Shown: positions 54,787 to 64,000 of the stretch, in pieces | Position numbering within the stretch: position 1 is the first letter of the stretch | Layout: every line of letters starts with the position of its first letter | NCBI RefSeq assembly: GCF_006345805.1 | Contig: NC_043001.1 | Coordinates: 60,574,001-60,638,000, forward strand | From: Octopus sinensis | Lineage: Eukaryota | DNA length: 64,000 bases | Direction of reading: 5' to 3' | The notes under the pieces: model-generated | The model's database searches: none | The model's input: the letters and a program-made list of their open reading frames with translations, nothing else | What the model was told of the DNA's origin: nothing | Made by a program: the position numbers and the translations under genes

Positions 54787-54845
54787 CGAGTGACGAAGGT
54801 GATACTCATTTAAAATATATAACTGAGTATCACCTTCGTCACTCG
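54787..54845. repeat. Perfect 22-bp inverted repeat, 15-nt spacer
   Basis: CGAGTGACGAAGGTGATACTCA / TGAGTATCACCTTCGTCACTCG. Confidence 0.95.
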
Positions 54846-55321
54846 CACAAATCCTGTAATTACGCTCGCCACACTGACAAAGCGCTGGACTACACACGAG
54901 TAAGTAATACTCTTTAAAATTGTTGGAATATATCCGAATAAGTACATATTGGATTATATCCGATTAAGTACACAGCAAAAATACGTCCGTACGTCAACTA
55001 ATTAATTACGTTTACACCCCATTTTTACATGGACACATATTAATATTTCACAATAACATTAATTAATGTATAAACAAGCGGACACACAAATAAGCGAATC
55101 GAATAAAAACAAACGACAAAAACTAGACATTATCGATCACAAAGGCATTGAACAGATACATACACACACACACACATATATATATTATATATATGTATAT
55201 ATGCATATATTTATATATGTATGTGTATATATATATATATATTATATATATATATATATATATGTGTATGTATGTATTATATATATATATATATATGTAT
55301 ATATGCCTATATTTATATAAG

Positions 55322-55359
<38 letters not shown>

Positions 55360-55378
55360 ATATATATATATATGCATG

Positions 55379-55436
<58 letters not shown>

Positions 55437-55957
55437 ATCTGTATATATATATACAGATTCATCTTCTCTTCGAAACTAATAAGTTTTTTAAAAATCTGTG
55501 ATAAGACTGTGCATCATCATTAAGGAACTTTGGAAAACTGTTTACAACCTATATCTGCCTCTAATGGAACTATCTCCAATATTTCATGAGTATAACCTCA
55601 CCCACTAAGATGTCTAGAGAACTCAAATGTATTTTAGCTGATGAGTACGGGACACTTTTATCTGCTGCAATTTTTGCAACTTGTAATAAAACCTGTCTTT
55701 GTATGAAACAATTGTACTAAAAACTAATCCATTCTTGTTGCTTCTTTCTCGTGTATATATATATATATATATATGTATATATGTAAATTAATTGTTATCG
55801 CCATATTAATATGGCATACTTATAGATATAAGAATAATCGCTGCCGCTGGTCAGCTCCATGAGGCCACCGCCATCAAGATAGCTATTGATACACGATCTG
55901 TATCCATTATAACCTTCAAACAAGGGAGGTCAGCCGCTTCACACTGCCAGTCCGACA

Positions 55958-55999
55958 GCTACAGACGCGTTTCGGGGTATTGCCCCTTGTCAATGTAGC
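55958..55999 (-). ncRNA. Type I hammerhead ribozyme, U3-A8 variant, copy 1
   Basis: GCTACA-TTGACAA-GGGG-caata-CCCC-GAAA-C-gc-GTC-TGTAGC. Confidence 0.85.
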
Positions 56000-56321
56000 G
56001 CAGTCAGACCCGCAGGTGTCGCCACTGACGTCTCTGTTCGAAGGTTTCTATTTACCTAGTTTAAGTGGAATACATCCACTTGTTTTCAATAATAGAAATA
56101 TTAAAATTCCTAAGTCTCTATAAAAGAGATTACGGCAGCGTTTACTGGAAATTAATTGTTATCGCCATATTAATATGGCATTCTTATAAATATAAGAATA
56201 ATCGCTGCCGCTGGTCAGCTCCATGAGGCCACCGCCATCAAGATAGCTATTGATACACGATCTGTATCCATTATAACCTTCGAACAAGGGAGGTCAGCCG
56301 CTTCACACTGCCAGTCCGACA

Positions 56322-56363
56322 GCTACAGACGCGTTTCGGGGTATTGCCCCTTGTCAATGTAGC
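56322..56363 (-). ncRNA. Type I hammerhead ribozyme, copy 2
   Basis: Identical 42-nt motif. Confidence 0.85.
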
Positions 56364-56684
56364 GCAGTCAGACTCGCAGGTGTCGCCATGACGTCTCTGT
56401 CCGAAGGTTTCTATTTACCTAGTTTCAGTGGAATACATCCACTTGTTTTCAATAATAGAAATATTAAAATTCCTAAGTCTCTATAAAAGAGATTACGGCA
56501 GCGTTTACTAGAAGTTAATTGTTATCGCCATATTAATATGGCATTCTTATAGATATAAGAATAATCGCTGCCGCTGGTCAGCTCCATGAAGCCACCGCCA
56601 TCAAGATAGCTATTGATACACGATCTGTATCCATTATAACCTTCGAACAAGGGAGGTCAGCCGCTTCACACTGCCAGACCGACA

Positions 56685-56726
56685 GCTACAGACGCGTTTC
56701 GGGGTATTGCCCCTTGTCAATGTAGC
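56685..56726 (-). ncRNA. Type I hammerhead ribozyme, copy 3
   Basis: Identical 42-nt motif. Confidence 0.85.
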
Positions 56727-57249
56727 GCAGTCAGACCCGCAGGTGTCGCCACTGACGTCTCTGTCCGAAGGTTTCTATTTACCTAGTTTCAGTGGAATAC
56801 ATCCACTTGTTTTCAATAATAGAAATATTAACATTCCTAAGTCTCTATAAAAGAGATTACGGCAGCGTTTACTGGAAATTAATTGTTATCGCCATATTAA
56901 TATGGCATTCTTATAGATATAAGAATAATCGCTGCCGCTGGTCAGCTCCATGAGTCCACCGCCATCAAGATAGCTATTGATACACGATCTGTATCCATTA
57001 TAACCTTCCAGACTTAGTAATTTTAATATTTCTATTAGGTCTTCAAGTATGATATTTGTAGAAAAGAAAAAAAGTTTGCTAATGTTTTATAAATACAAGG
57101 AATAGTTTTATTCATCAAAGTATGCAGCCATATGTCTATGAAAGACATATAAACGAACTGGAAGAAGGCAATAAAGCTAATGGTGACATGACAATCTACG
57201 ACAGTAGGCTACAAGAGAACGATAGCGACTTTATTTGTAAACTTTAAAA

Positions 57250-59690
57250 GGTTAGTCTCTGGAAATTGAACCAAGAAACAAAAAAAAAGTGAATGAAATT
57301 CTGAAATACATCAGAACAAAATCATCACAGGAACAAATAATTTGATCAAGGCAGCACGTATTCTTATAGCAGATGTGGGTGTTGGTGTCAAGAAAAAAGC
57401 AATAAAATGGGAGTGACAAAAGAAAAGTTCCATGGAGGAGAAGAAGAATAGAGACGGGGTTAGACATGCCCTCGAAGGACATTTCTGCGTTAGACCGAAA
57501 AGAGGAGGAGGCTAAAAGTGAACAAAATTACAGCGCGCTAAAGCCGAAATATGTTACAGAAAGAAAGAGACTGAAAGTTGTGACGGAAGGACTGAAATAA
57601 TGCCTCGTTGCAGAGAAAGCAAAAATGGTAAGAAACGACCAAACAATGAAGGAATACCAGCAGTAGATCGGAGTAGATCAGAAAATATTCTACAAAGAAA
57701 TAAATGGAGTGTACAGATGAAAAGTAGATACCAGATAATATTGAAAGTCAAAGGTTTTGGAGCGACATCTGGGGCAAAGACAAGGAACACAAAAGAATTC
57801 TGAATGGTTGCAAGAACCGAAACAAAACAGGCAGAATTAGTAATTTCAGTTAGGGACGTGAGGAAAATCATTAAAAAAATGGGTAACTGGAAGGTCCCGG
57901 GACAAGATCAAAAGATTTGGTGAATGTCAGAAACGAATAACTGCACAACTCAACACCTCGTTCAATGCCAACCAAGTAACACCCGAGTTGTTGACAAGAG
58001 TAGGATGGTGCTGTGCTTGAAAAACATCGAAAAAGGAAATACTTGCCTTTTATGTGGAAATTATTGACTGGAATAATCAGTGTCAATGTACGGACATCTG
58101 GAAAAAATGAAGTCATGCCACATGAGCAGAAGGGGTGCAAGCGTAAGTGCAGAGGTACCAAAAATAAACTGCTGGTAGATAAAGTTGTATTTAGATACTG
58201 CAAGAGGGGGTTCGATTATCGTAATGCATACGATATAATCACAAATTCTTGTATTATGGAATGTATGAACCTATTTGGTGTTGCATCGAATGTTGAGCGA
58301 TTTCTTGGAAAACTTATGGCGAAGTGGAGGAGGGATCTGACAGCATACGGAAGAAGTTTAAGAACAATAGAAATCAGGAGAGGCACTCACTGATCTCGTA
58401 CTGTGCATGATGCCACTAACACCGATTCTGAGGTTGGGTAAGTATTCATGAGCCGTCACCAAAATGTCAACCACTTGTTATTCATGGAGGACCTCAAACA
58501 TTATGGTAAAGATGAATCCCAATCCCTTCCCTCGTTGATACGGTGTATACTTCCAGAAAGGAGATCGGAGTGAAATAGTGTGACTTGTTATTCTTGAAGA
58601 GAGGCAAAATTAAATACATGGACGGGCTAACGATAATATCGGGGGATGTCATGAAGCAAATAGAACAGACATGCTATAATTACTTGGGGATATTGAAAAT
58701 GGATATATTGATAGAGAAAGAAATGGCAGAAACATCTAAGGTGGACTACTTGCGCAGACTGAGATTGATACGGGAATCGAAATTAAACGGACGGAATCCG
58801 ATTAAAGCTATCAATACCTGGGCGGATTCACACCTTAGATATGGAGCAGAGGTAATACCATGGACAGTAGACTAACTAAACAGCTTAGACAGAAATACAA
58901 ACAAGTTGCTGACTAGATATGGGAAACTCCACCCAAAAAGTGACCCTGACAGACTGTATGTACCAAGAAAAAGAAGGAGAGAGGACTGATTTGATGCGAA
59001 CACATCATTAGAGCAGAAGAAAACAACATAACATAGTATGTAATAAATGTCACAGAAACGCTATTATTGTAAGTATGAAGGTCAAGCTTGTGTAGGATGG
59101 AAGATTGCAAAGATAAAGCACTGAGAAGGAATGAAACTGAAAATAGGTGGATAAATAAAAGAGTGCATGAATAATTTCATAGGAATGTTGAAGATAAGAC
59201 AGACATAGAAAGAAGATGGCGTCATCGAAAATGATAATACAAAGTTCATATGGGATTTTATGATTCAGTGGGACCATGACACAAAAACCGAGAAATCAGA
59301 TATAGTGTTAATCGGGAAAAAAATCAAACGATGCTGTATCATAGATATAGTGTATGGCCAACTGACAACAAGTTATGCGATGAGGAAGAAAGAAAAGTAG
59401 ATAGATATGACAGGTTTGCTTGGGAGGTTATGCAGTTGTGGTCGCTGAAAAAAGGTGGTAGTAGTACCAATAATTGTCGGAGCCGTGAGAATAGTGTGTA
59501 AAATTCTTGAGAACAAATAGCGGCTAAAATAAGCATGGGACACTGGCACATAACAGCGCTGCTTGGAGCCGCTCAAATACTCTGGTTGGCGCTGGAAAAT
59601 AAGGGATGTTACCTTAGTTCACTGGTAGTAAATAGCTGACAGCGTAGTGCATCTCCAGCATTAGAAGCTGTGCAAAGACAATAATAAAAA
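57250..59690 (+). mobile_element. Degenerate Dong/R4-clade LINE (RT plus REL)
   Basis: FWSDIWG, NWKVPG, EQKGC, VNHLLFM(E)DLK, IRESKLNGRN, IWDFMIQ..DIVL. Ends at an (AAT/AAC)n tract. Confidence 0.88.
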
Positions 59691-59819
59691 AATTAAAATA
59701 ACAATAATAATAATGTTAATGATAATGATAATAACAACAACAACAACAACAAAAATAATAATAATAATAATAATGTCAATGATAATGATAATAACAACAA
59801 CAACAACAACAACAACAAC

Positions 59820-59872
<53 letters not shown>

Positions 59873-60725
59873 GGGTTTATCATAGCAGCTCAAGATCAAT
59901 GCCTACCAACAAGGAACTACCAGGCCAACATATTAAAGAACGGTAGTAGCCCAACATGTCGTGTATGTCAACAACAAAATGAAACCATTGATCACATTGT
60001 CTCCAAGTGCAGTCTTCTAGCGCCTACAGAGTATCTCAACAGGCATGATAGAGCTGCACAATATATTCACTGGGTAATTTGCAAAAACCTGGATTTTGCC
60101 CCATGAAAAAAACTGGTGGGAACACAAACCACCTCCAGTGCTTGAAAATGACCACATCTCACTCCTCTGAAACTTCACCATCCAAACTGACAGAAAGATA
60201 GATGCAAATAGGCCAGACATCATATTGAAAGACTTCATACAAAGAACATGCCTCCTTATTGATATGACTGTCCCAATCGATATAAACGTATCTGTCAAGA
60301 CCTACCAAAAACTGAGCAAATATAAAGATCTTGAAATAGAAATTAATAAAATGTAGAACCTGAAGACTAAAACAATACCTGTAGTCAGAGGTGCCCTGGG
60401 AATGATAGCAAAAGGGGCTGATAGCTACCTAACTCAGATACCAGGAAACCTCAAAATGGCAGAAATTCAAAAGATAGTGCTCATGGGAACTGCTCGTATC
60501 CTACGCAAAATACTTTCTATGTAATCTCAAGTTTTAAAACAAACATAATTTTCGATTTTTTTTAGACAATCACTAGTACAGCACTAGAAAAAAAAAGGAA
60601 ATATATGGCACGCTAGGCATAACAACATGAAATTCCAACCTGTTGTCTCTTGTGGTCTCTGGGTGAAACTTGGAGCCAACTCGTACAAATATAAAGCAAA
60701 AGTCAAACATAGAATAATGATAATA
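59873..60725 (+). mobile_element. Dong/R4 LINE 3' fragment (CCHC plus REL)
   Basis: AAQDQCLPTRNY..CRVCQQQNETIDHIVSKC..RHD..NRPDIILKD..LLIDMTVP..KYKDLEIE..ILRKILSM*. Confidence 0.92.
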
Positions 60726-60751
60726 AAAACATGTCCTGATGTAGTGGCTCT

Positions 60752-61283
60752 CATGGCTTCTGATCTTAACTGATTGGAAGTGTTATCATGTACATTGTTT
60801 TGTCTTGGTATAATTGATAGGTCACAGCAAACATTCTGCTGAATACCACATATTTGCGTGTCAGTTGCTTGACCTTAACCAGTTGAGCATGTCCATTAAT
60901 GGCTGATGATATGTGCCTCTTTGTTTACGAGCAGCAGTAGTGGGGGAGCATCATAGCCATGTGTTGAGAGAAATTCTTTGGGGTTTGGATAATTCACATT
61001 TGGAAACATGGGTGTTTTATCCATCATCCTTAAACAATCCTTACTCAGGGTCCTTTTGGGCGGGATGGGCTCCTCGGCCTGAAGAAAATTCTAACTAGGC
61101 CCCACCTGCAAGCTTATGCGCTGTTTGTTTTGATATGATATCACTATGTTGTGCCGCTATGTTTGTGATGCATGTGCCTGGTATACCCTTGTGAGACGGA
61201 TAGCCATGACGGGTATACTGGGCTTCGTATATTTTACACCAGTGTCACTTAGATGGCACTCACAGCTCTCTCACTCAACAATA
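60752..61283 (+). mobile_element. Unclassified repeat, copy 3
   Basis: Homologous to copies 1 and 2. Ends CTCTCACTCAACAATAAC. Confidence 0.8.
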
Positions 61284-61289
61284 ACAGGA

Positions 61290-62100
61290 AGAAGGAAACA
61301 TTTCAGTTACGATATGGGAATGGGGTTTGACTTACATAAATTTGCTACAGCCATATTCTTTAAGGAACACCTCCTGAAAATTTACTACACACTAAAAGAC
61401 AAAATTAGTACCAGCAAAAAATTAGAAGATAAAACAAATTACAAATATTAACGTGTGTGTGTGTGTGAAAAGGGATTGGCATACGGCTCTCAAAAGTGTG
61501 TTAAAAATTCCAAAAAAATTGGTATTTCAATTTGTTAGCGGTATCCGAAAGAGCAAACTTAATGCAAGAAAAGTGCTGATGACATTAGTTTAAAAGCAAT
61601 GCCACTTATTACTCACAACTTTAAAATCATGAAATGGTCCATAAGTGAAAACTGTCAAATAAATACGCAGTCACCTCACAACGGAAAGCTTGCAGCACCC
61701 AAATGTAGATGTAGTGTATCTATAAAGGCAGCAAACCTAGAGATATACACCTATCTAAAGAACAATAATGACTGGACGCTTACAGTTGTGTACATCTAAG
61801 AAAGTACTAAAAAACTGTAATAAATATCAGAAGAAGCAAAGAAATATGTACAAAGATTAAAGAGGAACGAGACTGGAGCGCAATCAGATGAAAGAGAACC
61901 AACATGCCGAATCAAAAGATATCTCAGAGACTCAAAATTAGATGGTAAAGTAAGATATTGCTTTTCAAATACTGTACATGGGTCAGTGATCCCATTGTTC
62001 ATGTAAATACGACCCAACTCAAAAGTTGGCTCCCTCTTTACACAAATCATTAACTGGAAACAGAGGCTAAAATTATAGCTACTGAAGAAAAGTGTCAACT
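61290..62100 (+). pseudogene. Very degenerate Dong/R4 RT C-terminal fragment
   Basis: DMGMGFDLHK, KLEDKTNYKY, IRKSKLNA, HPNVDV follow the Dong motif order. Confidence 0.55.
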
Positions 62101-62480
62101 GACAAGAAACTTCCAAGCAAGCATTCGCCACTTTTCTATCGCGAAGAAAGTAATTCGATGTTTGTTTCAACTGAACATATTAATTAATGTATGAATATAT
62201 TGGCAAGTATTTACAATGGGTTATATGGCGTAATTCTGAACACCATATGAGAAAAAATAGTTGGAACATCTTCACCATTTTTTAAGATTATTGAATTCCA
62301 AGTGTTCGGAGTGTTTAAATCGGGCGACCAAACCATGTCGTAAAAACTTACCTTGATAAATAATGATTACAACATTTGTGTAAAAACATTTGAAAAGTTA
62401 AGTAAATACAATTACTTTGGAATAGAGCTTTGAAAAATATATATATCATGCATCAATATTTATCTCTCTATCTCTCCATC

Positions 62481-62512
<32 letters not shown>

Positions 62513-64000
62513 CGTGCGCGCCTGCGTGTGAGTGTGTTTAATTGAGTATATACATTTATTCTTTTGTTCTTTTAATTGTTTCAGTCATTTGACTGCAGCC
62601 ATACTAGGGTACCACCGTTAGTCGAACGAATCGAACCCAGAACTTATTCTCTGTAAGCCTAGTACTTATTCTATCGTTCTCTTTTGCTGTTCTTATTCTT
62701 ATTCTATTGTTCTCTTACTATTATATAATAAGCATAAATTTCTTCTAAAAGTGTCTATCATATTTATCAGATACATAAATAACTTTCGTGTCGTACAATT
62801 TCTGTTTCTAATTGTCGAAAATTAGAATTCATACGTATATTTTTTTATATTCTGTCGTTATCCAATGGCATCAATAAGAGTCGAATGCAAACAATGCTTT
62901 TCTCACATTATATTTCTTCTTTACGTTCTGTTTGTATTCATTTCTGTACAGGAGATATTTTCTAAGTTCACTTTGAATTTAACGAATTTCAGATCACCTT
63001 GAAAACGTTGAGTTAACATGTTTTGTTTCGGACATATTAATTGAATGATATTTGCAATCAAATTGTGTCGATACAGCAGAGCCTACCGTCAGCTTTTTTG
63101 TGGTGAATTCGCCAATTAAAATGTGATTTTGTCCATCCGTATTTTTGTTGTCTAATACTCTGTATTTTTTGAAATACTTGTAAATGATATTTGGATCTAC
63201 TTGTCATATATGATGAATTCGTATATATACATATAATTGATAATTGTATATGTGGGTATACACATTGTAGTATGCTGTTTAAAGCCGATTCATAGTATTC
63301 GGCTACCTGATGTCAAGAACATTATGGATATATACAACACTGGATTTACTTTCATAGACAATAGAAAATATGAGAGAAAGGAAGAGGAATTTAAGAGATG
63401 TTTAATTCATAATCACTACGATCGTTTCGACCATCGTTCCCGGTAACTTTTAGGTAAGATGCTGTATAAACAATTGTGTTGCATTATAGTATTATTGCAT
63501 ATGCGTCTCCTCAGTTGAATTTTCAAAAGGTATCTCTTTTATTATTGGCAGATCATACATTTTTGGTAATTGTAGCGTAATATGCGTCCCCATAAGGAAA
63601 TAATATATGATGAAGATTTCTTCTCATATAAGCAATAAAATAAAGTATACAAGGAGAAAAGAATAAGGTATCATAGATAAAATGAATTAATCAAATAAAA
63701 TGTAATTCTCCGATGACAACACACCTCTATATAAAAACACAATATTCATGGGATCAGAATAGAACGAAAAATCAACTGGAGGTTTATATTGACATTTACA
63801 GGAGACGAGCTTCGTGGTTAGGAATAAATTGTCCCTTGTTTTACTTCTCTCTCTCATATGTGAAGCATACACACACGCACACACACAGACACACACACAC
63901 GTATATATATATTTGTAGATATCTACGTGTCTTTATTTGTTCCCCACTACCGACTGATTAACCCTGCTGGTGTGTTTCAGTTCCCATAACTAAAGCAGTT

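Larger units (their letters stand above)
55785..57008 (-). mobile_element. Tandem array of ~364-bp HHR-containing units (3 full plus a 133-bp partial); retrozyme-like
   Basis: Units start at about 55785, 56150, 56512 and 56876, differ at only a few positions, and each full unit holds one HHR. Confidence 0.88.

Noticed and set aside
55785-57008. CRISPR array
   Set aside because: Whole 364-bp units repeat, with no unique spacers and no cas genes, in eukaryotic DNA.
63296-63453. Possible exon (ttcatag| ... TTTTAG|gtaagat)
   Set aside because: The donor site is good, but all three frames contain stops and nothing supports a transcript. A non-coding exon cannot be excluded.

Overview
Eukaryotic, AT-rich, repeat-saturated DNA with no recognisable host exon, rRNA, true tRNA or CRISPR array. 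The SINE families and microsatellite load look most like an octopus/cephalopod genome (inference). Most listed ORFs are microsatellite artefacts. The real coding remnants all come from transposons: a near full-length CR1-type LINE (12.5-17.1 kb, minus) with a nested second CR1, RTE, several Dong/R4 fragments sitting in (AAT)n tracts, an ORF1-only LINE-like element, Tc1/mariner copies (DD34D, DD37D), an internally deleted Helitron with both ends, and a Penelope-type GIY-YIG fragment. The main unexpected signal is a set of type I hammerhead ribozyme (HHR) motifs from several unrelated repeat families. The best is a 3.4-copy tandem array of ~364-bp units at 55.8-57.0 kb, each full unit carrying an intact HHR with a U3-A8 core, i.e. 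a retrozyme/circRNA-like unit. All folds and translations were done by eye, coordinates of degenerate elements are approximate, and no database search was run.
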